NCBI GenBank assembly: GCA_016794445.1
Contig: JAEUKC010000164.1
Coordinates: 4,944-68,943, forward strand
Source of the DNA: Myxococcales bacterium
GTDB lineage: Bacteria; Myxococcota_A; Polyangia; Polyangiales; JADJMO01
DNA: 64,000 nt
Direction: 5' to 3'
In this document: positions 46,097-54,288 of the stretch, piece after piece
Layout: each line of letters starts with the position of its first letter
Position numbering within the stretch: position 1 is the stretch's first letter
The notes under the pieces: model-generated
Seen by the model: only the letters and a program-made list of their open reading frames with translations
Databases searched by the model: none
What the model was told of the DNA's origin: nothing
Program-made: the position numbers and the translations under genes

Positions 46097-46254
46097 GCTG
46101 CACTGATGGGCCTCCGCGCTCGCTCGGAGATCGTCGGCTCCTATCGGCTACTGTGACACGCTGGCGGGACCGCTCATGCGGGCGTCGGGGCAATCCATAC
46201 GGCTACGACAACTCAGCAGCTCAGCCCGCTCCAGCCCGCTGAGACATGGTCTGC

Positions 46255-46632
46255 TCACTCAATTGCGAGGGCGATTGTGGCATCCCACCCATGTTCAATC
46301 GTAGCTCTGATTGGTCCTGAGTAGTTCACTGAAGTTCGAATCGCACGTCCTCCACCACGCGGCACCTCGACTACGACAATCAACTTCCCGCCGTCCACTC
46401 CGTAGCAGCTCACATTGATCCACGGAAAGCCGGCCGCCAAGACCTCCTCGAAGCGATTGCTGTAGTCTTCCGGATCACGACAATCGTCCCGTCGCACCCG
46501 CAGCCGACCACGTTCATCGAGCCCGACGCCGGGACCAATCTCAAGCAGTCTGACCTCACGCACCGGCGGGGTCTGACCAGCATCCTCCAGGAACACAAAC
46601 AGACCTTCTAGCGCTCGCTTCAAAGCACTCAT
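46255..46632 (-). CDS. Candidate immunity protein for the upstream Rhs/Tc toxin tip
   Basis: 125-aa ORF with no signal peptide. Its ATG overlaps the toxin stop (CCATGAGT, an ATGA overlap). A hand count of one 60-nt line (46261-46320) gives 52% GC. I recognise no family. Confidence 0.55.
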   Translation of the reverse strand: MSALKRALEGLFVFLEDAGQTPPVREVRLLEIGPGVGLDERGRLRVRRDDCRDPEDYSNRFEEVLAAGFPWINVSCYGVDGGKLIVVVEVPRGGGRAIRTSVNYSGPIRATIEHGWDATIALAIE

Positions 46633-49600
46633 GGTTTCACCATGAACTGGTTGAAGAGCTGAATGTGTTCCGGCGTCCGAAGCGTAATCTCGGTGGATCG
46701 GAGCCCGTACGGATAGAATCCAGCGTACGGCCGTTCCAACGGGGCTAGCACGGACTGAAACTGGGATACGGGAACTCTCGATTCAATAATCATTCCGAGT
46801 CCGGGAACGGCATCAGGATGACTTGTCAGGGCGTTTTGAGCGGCAGCAAGATCTCTGGACACAAACGTCGGAGCCCGTGCTGCATCGAGCCCATTCTCCA
46901 GAATGGTGCCGCCATTCCTTATGCTCCCGTGGAATACAGAGACTGTCTCCTCAGCAGCTCCCACTGGACCCAGCAGACCTGCTCCCCCGATTGACATCCC
47001 TATCATCAGCTTTTCCGCCGTCCCGGGAGCCATGTGGTTTGGGGTCGATGAGAAGGTCCACAACGCGACTCCGCTGCCGATGATTCGGGCCGCCCACCCA
47101 GTCCGAAGGATTGCGAAGGTCCCCCGCGCAAAGCCGCCGGCAGGCAACAGCGACAACGCAAGGAAGGCGACCTCTTCCATCTGCGCATTCTTGCCTTCGA
47201 TGCGTGCGAGATCCTCCTCGGTGTAGCTCTTCCCAATGCCCATCTCGAGCTCGAGCCAGTTGTTCACCCCATACGCCGCCAGCGGGTTTCCAGACGACTG
47301 GTCGTCGGTCTTTGGAGCTGGTGGGACAGGCGCGCCAGGGGCCTCTTGGTATTTGTAGGTGCCGTTACCCTGGGGTACGAACCCGCTCGATCCTGCTTTG
47401 CCACCACCACTACCAGTGCCACCGACGACACCGCCGGCCGACCCCGTACCACCCGGCACCCCTCCGGGGCTCCCCCCAGAGCTACCTGCACCGCCACTAC
47501 TGGACGCCCCGCCGCCGCTCCCACTTCCCGAACCAGCGCCGCCCTTGCCTGGCCCACCCGAGCCACCATTCCCTGGCCCGCTGCCCGAGGGGATGGTGAC
47601 TTCGACACAACCTGGTCCACCACCCGGTGGGTATGGCCCTTCCGGCATTGGATCGCCGTCAGGACAGGTCTTGGGCCCTCCGGAGAAGCCGGTCGGGTCA
47701 ACGAGGTTCGTCGGCGAGCTGCGAACGTATGCGTAGCGGTTGAGCCCGTCGCCTCGTCCGAAGGCCTCGAGGAACGGATCTGGGGTGAGGAATCGTTGCA
47801 GCATCGGATCATAGATCCGGCCCTGCATGTTCACGAGGCCGAGGTCGTCGTCCTCTTCGTGTCCCGTGTAGCCATGGCTCAGACTCCACGGGCCGGTGGG
47901 GCTGGCCTCGGGAACATCCGGATCGAACGCTCGCCCGAATGGATCGAAGTGCCGCCGACTTCCAGGTACTTCAACCCCGCTCGCGTCGGTGATCACCTGC
48001 GGGGAACCGAGGCGGTCGGCGTGCACGTACTTGACCGTCTTCGCGCCTGCACCGTCGATCGTCACCGTCGCGATCTTCCCGATTGGACCCAAGATGTGCA
48101 GCGCGTGCTCCACGCCGGATCCGTTCGAGCGACGCTCGTAGAGACCGCCGACGTAGATGGTCTGCTGGTCACCACGCTGCTTTGCGTGGCGACCACCCAT
48201 GGCGTCGTACTGGAAGGCGACCTCGCCAGCGCTAGCCGCCTGGATACGCTTGGGTAGGTGCAGACCGTTGTACTCGACCGAGCGTCCAGGAGCCTCCAGC
48301 TGCTCGCCCGCAGCCGAGTATTTGAACGTCTCGGGACCACCTGGAGTGAGCGACCTGACGGCATGAGGCAGGATTCGGCCGACCCCCGATGGATAGACGT
48401 CGTAGTCGGTCGCGGTACCGTTCAGCTTCCGCTGGCGAAGGTTGCCGACGTCGTCATACGCGTAGGAAGCATCGACCGGCTTGTCGAGGCGAGGTGAGGT
48501 CCACGTCTCGAGCCTCCCCATCGCGTCGTAGCCGAATCGCTCGACACGGCCGGAGTCCGTGAGTTGCTTCAGTTCTGCCGCGGCGTTGTAGGAGTACTGG
48601 AGCGCCTGCAAGGTCGCCGCGCCGCTGAGGGAATCGATCCCTGTCAGCATGCCGCTGGAGTCGTAGGCGTAGCTCGTGCTGATGCCATTGCCGTAGTGGG
48701 TGGCGGTCGGTTGGCCGTCCGCGGCCTCTGCCTGCTGCTTCCAGAAGACAGTTCCGCCCGCAACGTCCTCTTTGACCTGCCAGAGAGCCCCGTTCGTCGT
48801 GGCGTAGTCGAACCGCACGGCGAACCCGCTCGCAGGGTAGTGAAGGCGTTCCAGTCGGCCGAAAGCGTCGTAGCCTGCACCCAACGTGAACGCCCCGGCT
48901 CCCGAGGAGACCTTCATCTCGACCGGTTGGCCGATCACTGAGAAGACGGACTCCGTCTTCACGCCATCGGGACTCTGTGTCGTCGCGAGCTGCCCCAAGC
49001 CGTGGTCAGCTGTGTCCCAGCCGAAACAGGTGGCTCCGTCCTTACCGTTGAGGGTCGCCCACGCACGGCCGAGGGCATCGCGCTCGTAGCGAGTCTCGAC
49101 TTTGTTGCCGTCGACACTGGCGATGACCTCGCCGAAAGCGTTGTACTGGTATTCCCGCACACCGAGGTCGGGATCCTGATGGCGTCGAATCCGCAGCCAA
49201 GTGGTTGGCTCGTAGTCCCAGCGCGACTCGTTGCCTCCGGCATCTACCGCCGCTGAGAGCTTGCCGAATGGACCGTAGACGAAGCTCCCAGCGACCTCGT
49301 GCGGTGAGGAAGAGTCGACGGTACGTACACCGCGATGACCGCTGCGAACGACACGCCCCGCCAGATCGTACTGCTGGAAGGCGACACGGGGGGCGCCATC
49401 CACCGTGACTTCGCTCTCGTGAAGAAGCCGGTCATACCGGTGAACGACCGTTCGGCCGACCGGATCGACGGCCGACATCACGCGTCCGAGGTTGTCGCGG
49501 AAGACATCTGTTACCCCGACGCTGCCCGGAGGGCTGTCCGTGAACCACGGACGTGTGATCCTCTTAGGGAGGCCGAGGAAGCGTTGATCGTACTCGTAGT

Positions 49601-52600
49601 CCTGGTGAGCGATTCGGCCGGACTCGAACCCAGCACGCTCGGTCCACAACGGTCTGTCGAGGCCATCGTAGGCAACGACCTCGCGACCACCGCCACCATG
49701 CTCAGCCACCGTGGTCAGGCGCCCGACGGGATCGTAGAGGTGACTCACTACAACGTTGCCGCCGTCGGGGCGCTGTACCCTTCGAACGCGACCAAAACCA
49801 TCGTATTGGTGCGTCGAGGTCTCGCCGTTGGGGCCGACGAGGCGCGCAAGCACGCCAAGGCTCGGATGGTGGTCCAGCTGGACGGAGTGTCCGACGGCAT
49901 TGGTCACGCGGCGTATGTAGATGGCCTCGAGCGGCTCGTATTCGTAGGCCTCCCATCGAGTGGAGACGCCGTCGGCGGTCTGGCTCGTGGCTGTGAGCTG
50001 TCCCTCCGCGTCGTAGAACATGCGGGTCTCGAGCCGTAGCGCGGGACCATCGTCGGGATTGTCGACGCGTCGGACCGGGCGCCCATCAAGGTCGTTCTCG
50101 AATGCCACAACCTGGCGCGCGGCGAAGCCATCGACCACAGAGGTCACGGTGGAGCTCCGGAGCATCCCAAGAAGCCACCGCGTCGTGTCGTTGTCGTACG
50201 TGAAGCGACTGGTCAGCTTCTCGGTACCCACCGCGTGCGTCGCAGACTCGATGTTGGCAAACGAGCCGTACTCGTACGTCGTGCTCGCTGATTGGAACTC
50301 GATACCGGTTTGCAATACACGCGAGCGAAGCTCGCGCTGCCTGACTGCGAACGGCTGCTTGAGCGTCGGATCGCCGTCGACAATCGACCATCGAGCATGT
50401 TGCTCGATCCTAACTGCCGCTGGTGTCGTGAGCGCGCCGAACCCGAGGTCGCAGAGATTGGGTGACGGCGAGTCGAGCCGCTCGATCTCCGTCTCTTCAT
50501 CCGTCATCAAGCCAGCGAAAGGGTACGTCGTGCCAATCCGCGTCGCCGCGGATGGATCGCCGCTCGTGCCATACGTGCGTATGGTGCGGGCGCTCGAGAC
50601 CGGGTCGCAGGTCAGGACCTTGGAGAAGCCGAGCCAGCCGCGCCCGAGCGAGTCGGTCTGCGGATGCTGATACTTGAAGTAGTGCCTCTTCGTGGCCGAG
50701 CCGGCGAAGGCGCCATCGTTCCCGATCGTCTGACTCGTGACCACGGCAAGCGCGCGTGTGGCGCAGATCGTGGGGAACTTGCAAGACCCGTCGCGAACGA
50801 TCTCGGTGTGCGCGCCATACGTGAACGTCACGCTGGCCCCGCGCGGCGAGGAGACCCGCACCAGCCGATCGCCGTCGTGACCGCGGAGGTTGTGATAGAG
50901 GAACAGCCCGTCCGATCCTTCGAACTGGATGATGTCGCTGTTCCCATCGCCATCGATGTCCAGGACCTGGGCATAGGCATAGCCGGAGGCGAAGAAGCGA
51001 CGTGCCTGCGGAATGCGCGTGATGGTCGGGTGACCCGTCACGAGCACACCCGTGGTTGCGAGCTGGAGATTGCGCCCGGCCCCACGGTAGACGATGGGGC
51101 CAACTCGCGCCTGATCGGGTCCAATCGGATCCGTGGGACCGGTGAGATAGAAGGGACCGTTGCGTCCCAGCAGCACGAGGTCCTGCTTGCCGTCATGGTC
51201 CCAGTCGACGACGCGGATGCCCGGATCCGTCACGAACTGATCGTGGGCTGGGAAGGCATGACCGTGGAGCTGCACCGTCGGATCGAGCGGCGACCCTGGC
51301 GGGAGCGGGGACACGATGTCCGTGGGAGTCACCTCGAAAGCCGAGAAGTCAGTTCCCTTGTTGATCGCCACCGAGGGGATGCCGCCACGGTTCGAGATCT
51401 TCACGGCATCGGCCAGGCCGTCCCCGTTGACGTCGACGAACATGAGCCTATCGCCCTGGCCTGGGTCGATGCCCTCCTGGAAGAAAGCTCCGTTGGTCGA
51501 GACGGGCAGCGAGGTTCGGTGGAACCCAGCGACGCTCGTTGCTCTGTAGCGTCCCGAGCCGGGACCGGGATGCAGAAGCGACGTCGTGATGCCGTCCGTC
51601 CGGACGGTGTACGCGGGAAACGGCTGGCGGTACCCCACGTCTCGGATGAATTGGTAGGACGCCCGTGCCGTGGAGAACGTCGTGATCGGCCCAAGGGCGC
51701 CTTCAGCGAGCGCTCGCGAGATCCAGAAAGTGGGGCCATCCGCCACCACACCGGCGCCCGAGACGACGGTCTTTCCCGCGGGTCGAATGGGCCGAAGGAG
51801 GCCGTTGCCGTCCAGATCGGCGAAGTAGAGGGGTGCCGGCCAGGTCTCACAGCGAGTGCCGAACGCGGTTCCTGCGTCCGCGTTCAACATCGAGCACGTG
51901 TCGTAGGGACCGAGGAACAGCGCGTCGTCGAGAGGACCGTCTGCTTTGAACGTCCCGCTCGACTGGCGTCGGAAGAGCTGCCAACCGGGAGCCTTGCCCG
52001 CTTCAGATGCCGTCATCTTCGCGCCCGAGATGGGCACGAACGCCTCGGGGATCCCGTCTGCATCGATGTCCACCAAGCGGACCACTGGGATGGTGGACCC
52101 CGCGTCGGAGTACTGCGCAGGAAGACCGGTCGGCTGCTCGGGGCCGAAGGTCGGGCGACCTTCCGCTCCTGTTTGCGCAAGTCGGTAGAACCACTCGAGG
52201 CGGTCCACGTCTCCGTCACAGACCGGGCACGGTCGCGTCGGGTCATCACAGGCCACTGTAGGGCCAGCCGAGCACCGTTCCTTGGCGACCGAACGTCGAT
52301 AGAAGACGTCGTCTCGCCCGTCGCCGTTGACGTCGGCCACGAGCATCGCGTAGTTGGTCGCGAAGGCGAACTTCCGCAGTCCCGGGTCGTCCGGCGCCCA
52401 GTGCAGCTGAGCCGGATCGAAGGGCAGGGAGATACGTTCGAAATGGTCGGGAACGTTGATTCCCCAATCGAATTTCAATGGCTCCGAACAGACGCCCCCA
52501 CCGTCGCAGGAGCGAACTTCAGTGAGTCGGCTGGGGCTGGACGACACCTTGTCTGGTGGTGGTGGCGTGGCCGTCTCCGGCGAGTAGCGAAGCCGATACT

Positions 52601-54002
52601 CGCGCACGAGCCCGATGGCCGTCGGCGACGGGCCGAAGACGCGAATGCTCGCGAGCCGGTCCGGCACGATCAGACCGACGCCGCTCATGTAGCGTGGCTG
52701 CCGGTCGGCACGCGACTGGTAGACGAATTCAACACGCCGCTGCGGCGTGGGGTGCTGCGGACTGCTGGTGTAGGTGATGTCGTGTGGACGCAGCTCGAAT
52801 GCAGCGTTGTCTGCGGTGCCGGTCTCGTAACTGTACGCCATCGTGTTGCCGGCGCGGTCGCTCACTTGCGACAGAGCCCAGGCAACGCGAACTGTCGTGG
52901 GGTAGGAATCCGTCGGCGGCAACTCGTCGGTGTCGGCGTAGTCAATCTGGACGCGCTTGGCGTTCAGCACAGCGGCAAAGGTGCGACTCAATCCGGTTCG
53001 ACCCGTCGCGACGAAGGAGGACCAGTTGGCGCCTGCGCCCACTTCGTCGATGTAGCCGACCACTCGGGTGTACGGATCGTGCTCGGGCCGAAACTCGACG
53101 GACCTGCTGCCTCGGTTGACCTCGACCAGGTAGTCGCCGTCGAGACAGAGTCGATCGCTTGCAGAGAACTGGATCGCTGCGGCATTCCCGTCCGAAGCAA
53201 CGCTCTTGGCGCACCGCCGGACCTCGGAGAACCCACCCAACGACCACCCGATGCCGACGAGGCCGTTGCCTGCGCGGCTGTGGTACTTCAGGGCCAGCGC
53301 TGGCTCGATGCCCGCTCGTCCAGGAGGAGTCCACAGCGGGATCGTGTACGTCGAGGCGCCGTCCGGAGTGACCGCGGGGCTGCCGGACAGCAAGGTGCCG
53401 GGCGTCTGGTAGAAGCCTTGCCCCTCTCCACCTTCGACCCAGATGCCCTCCTCCGTCGGGACGATTGTCGTCGCGAAGTCGACGTCCGGATTCGGGCGCC
53501 AAGACACGAGGACCGACGTTCCCGGAATCCGCAGCGCTCCCCCTTCGACGAGACATGTCGCCGAGGCTCCGAGGCCCGCCCAACCAACACCGCCACCAAG
53601 GGCCCACGCGAGCGCTTGATTCACGAAGACACCGCGATGGGGTCCGACCGCGAACGAGACGGGCTGGCCTTGCCCGTCCGGTCCAGGGAACATCCGGTTG
53701 GTCACACCGGCTGGAATGACGACCCGTGAAGCGGACGAGTTGTTGTAGCCCCAGACCACGTAGGTCTTCCCGTCGGGCGCCTTGTAGACGCAGTCCACGG
53801 TCGGGGTGATCGCGGCCGCGTTCGATCCGGGCGCTTCGCAGCCGATGGCCGGGCCTGTGCCTGGGGCCCCGCCACATCCCTGCACCGCAATCAGGATGAC
53901 GATGAGGAGCAGCAGCATGCGCAGAACGAGACGTTCTCGCGCTGGCCGTCGCGGAACGGCCTCTACCAGCTGCACTGACAAGCATGCGCGCCACAGCATC
54001 AT
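46629..54002 (-). CDS. TcB-TcC-like (BC fusion) Rhs cocoon toxin with a lipoprotein signal peptide
   Basis: ATG 54002 lies ~5 nt after GGAGAG. The R-rich n-region plus LLLLIVILIAVQGC forms a lipobox. SpvB-type motif IPLWTPPGRAGIEPALALKYHSRAGNGLVGIGWSLGG. Six FG-GAP/VCBS-like loops (DVNGDGRDDV, DIDADGIPE, DLDGNGL, DVNGDGLADA, DWDHDGKQDL, DIDGDGNSDI). About 10 YD repeats (YDGFGRV, YDPVGRL, YDLAGRV, YNAFGEV, YDAFGRL, YDAMGRL, YDDVGNL). Rhs core GRIYDPMLQRFLTPDP...NRYAYVRSSPTNLVDPTGF, then a variable tail. Confidence 0.85.
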   Translation of the reverse strand: MMLWRACLSVQLVEAVPRRPARERLVLRMLLLLIVILIAVQGCGGAPGTGPAIGCEAPGSNAAAITPTVDCVYKAPDGKTYVVWGYNNSSASRVVIPAGVTNRMFPGPDGQGQPVSFAVGPHRGVFVNQALAWALGGGVGWAGLGASATCLVEGGALRIPGTSVLVSWRPNPDVDFATTIVPTEEGIWVEGGEGQGFYQTPGTLLSGSPAVTPDGASTYTIPLWTPPGRAGIEPALALKYHSRAGNGLVGIGWSLGGFSEVRRCAKSVASDGNAAAIQFSASDRLCLDGDYLVEVNRGSRSVEFRPEHDPYTRVVGYIDEVGAGANWSSFVATGRTGLSRTFAAVLNAKRVQIDYADTDELPPTDSYPTTVRVAWALSQVSDRAGNTMAYSYETGTADNAAFELRPHDITYTSSPQHPTPQRRVEFVYQSRADRQPRYMSGVGLIVPDRLASIRVFGPSPTAIGLVREYRLRYSPETATPPPPDKVSSSPSRLTEVRSCDGGGVCSEPLKFDWGINVPDHFERISLPFDPAQLHWAPDDPGLRKFAFATNYAMLVADVNGDGRDDVFYRRSVAKERCSAGPTVACDDPTRPCPVCDGDVDRLEWFYRLAQTGAEGRPTFGPEQPTGLPAQYSDAGSTIPVVRLVDIDADGIPEAFVPISGAKMTASEAGKAPGWQLFRRQSSGTFKADGPLDDALFLGPYDTCSMLNADAGTAFGTRCETWPAPLYFADLDGNGLLRPIRPAGKTVVSGAGVVADGPTFWISRALAEGALGPITTFSTARASYQFIRDVGYRQPFPAYTVRTDGITTSLLHPGPGSGRYRATSVAGFHRTSLPVSTNGAFFQEGIDPGQGDRLMFVDVNGDGLADAVKISNRGGIPSVAINKGTDFSAFEVTPTDIVSPLPPGSPLDPTVQLHGHAFPAHDQFVTDPGIRVVDWDHDGKQDLVLLGRNGPFYLTGPTDPIGPDQARVGPIVYRGAGRNLQLATTGVLVTGHPTITRIPQARRFFASGYAYAQVLDIDGDGNSDIIQFEGSDGLFLYHNLRGHDGDRLVRVSSPRGASVTFTYGAHTEIVRDGSCKFPTICATRALAVVTSQTIGNDGAFAGSATKRHYFKYQHPQTDSLGRGWLGFSKVLTCDPVSSARTIRTYGTSGDPSAATRIGTTYPFAGLMTDEETEIERLDSPSPNLCDLGFGALTTPAAVRIEQHARWSIVDGDPTLKQPFAVRQRELRSRVLQTGIEFQSASTTYEYGSFANIESATHAVGTEKLTSRFTYDNDTTRWLLGMLRSSTVTSVVDGFAARQVVAFENDLDGRPVRRVDNPDDGPALRLETRMFYDAEGQLTATSQTADGVSTRWEAYEYEPLEAIYIRRVTNAVGHSVQLDHHPSLGVLARLVGPNGETSTHQYDGFGRVRRVQRPDGGNVVVSHLYDPVGRLTTVAEHGGGGREVVAYDGLDRPLWTERAGFESGRIAHQDYEYDQRFLGLPKRITRPWFTDSPPGSVGVTDVFRDNLGRVMSAVDPVGRTVVHRYDRLLHESEVTVDGAPRVAFQQYDLAGRVVRSGHRGVRTVDSSSPHEVAGSFVYGPFGKLSAAVDAGGNESRWDYEPTTWLRIRRHQDPDLGVREYQYNAFGEVIASVDGNKVETRYERDALGRAWATLNGKDGATCFGWDTADHGLGQLATTQSPDGVKTESVFSVIGQPVEMKVSSGAGAFTLGAGYDAFGRLERLHYPASGFAVRFDYATTNGALWQVKEDVAGGTVFWKQQAEAADGQPTATHYGNGISTSYAYDSSGMLTGIDSLSGAATLQALQYSYNAAAELKQLTDSGRVERFGYDAMGRLETWTSPRLDKPVDASYAYDDVGNLRQRKLNGTATDYDVYPSGVGRILPHAVRSLTPGGPETFKYSAAGEQLEAPGRSVEYNGLHLPKRIQAASAGEVAFQYDAMGGRHAKQRGDQQTIYVGGLYERRSNGSGVEHALHILGPIGKIATVTIDGAGAKTVKYVHADRLGSPQVITDASGVEVPGSRRHFDPFGRAFDPDVPEASPTGPWSLSHGYTGHEEDDDLGLVNMQGRIYDPMLQRFLTPDPFLEAFGRGDGLNRYAYVRSSPTNLVDPTGFSGGPKTCPDGDPMPEGPYPPGGGPGCVEVTIPSGSGPGNGGSGGPGKGGAGSGSGSGGGASSSGGAGSSGGSPGGVPGGTGSAGGVVGGTGSGGGKAGSSGFVPQGNGTYKYQEAPGAPVPPAPKTDDQSSGNPLAAYGVNNWLELEMGIGKSYTEEDLARIEGKNAQMEEVAFLALSLLPAGGFARGTFAILRTGWAARIIGSGVALWTFSSTPNHMAPGTAEKLMIGMSIGGAGLLGPVGAAEETVSVFHGSIRNGGTILENGLDAARAPTFVSRDLAAAQNALTSHPDAVPGLGMIIESRVPVSQFQSVLAPLERPYAGFYPYGLRSTEITLRTPEHIQLFNQFMVKP
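47685..47864 (-). other. Rhs/TcC core end (aspartyl autoprotease motif), the predicted boundary between shell and cargo
   Basis: aa 2047-2106: GHEEDDDLGLVNMQGRIYDPMLQRFLTPDPFLEAFGRGDGLNRYAYVRSSPTNLVDPTGF. I verified this codon by codon against nt 47685-47760. Confidence 0.75.
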
Positions 54003-54130
54003 CGGTCTCTCCAGTAGTTTCGCCGGCCCCCGACGAGGTTTCGATCGCGTACCAGATCACGTCGGCTGCAATCAACGGCCGCAGGAGGCGCGGTCGCGAC
54101 AAGTTCCTAAATTCTGTGAACTCAGACGCG

Positions 54131-54193
54131 GCGCAAGCGGACGAGCATGATCTTCGTCAAGCACCGAGGTACTCGGCGCGAGCGGACGAGCAT
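54131..54193. repeat. 18-nt direct repeat (17/18 identical) upstream of the toxin gene
   Basis: gcgcaagcggacgagcat at 54131-54148 and gcgcgagcggacgagcat at 54176-54193, 45 nt apart. They lie next to the most AT-rich stretch of the region (aagttcctaaattctgtgaactc, ~54099-54121). Confidence 0.6.
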
Positions 54194-54288
54194 CGCTGCC
54201 GTCGCTCTCGAAGGGCTGGTTCGCGATGCTGTAGCGGTCATGAGCGGCTGTCACCACATTGCCACGTCGCCCGGCGCTATCGGTGGGT

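Noticed and set aside
46334-46342. gttcgaatc, resembling a tRNA T-loop.
   Set aside because: It lies inside the immunity-like ORF. It has no flanking acceptor, D-arm or anticodon-arm complementarity and lacks the GG preceding TTCGA.
54099-54125. A possible sigma54 -24/-12 element (GG...GC) on the minus strand, in ggaacttgtcgc.
   Set aside because: The GG-to-GC spacing is 8 nt rather than the required 10, and the flanking consensus bases are missing.
54072-54257. 61-aa minus-strand ORF upstream of the toxin, containing ARPLAP twice.
   Set aside because: The internal repeat is just the translation of the 18-nt DNA direct repeat. The ORF has no ribosome-binding site and no recognisable fold, so I treat the region as non-coding regulatory DNA.
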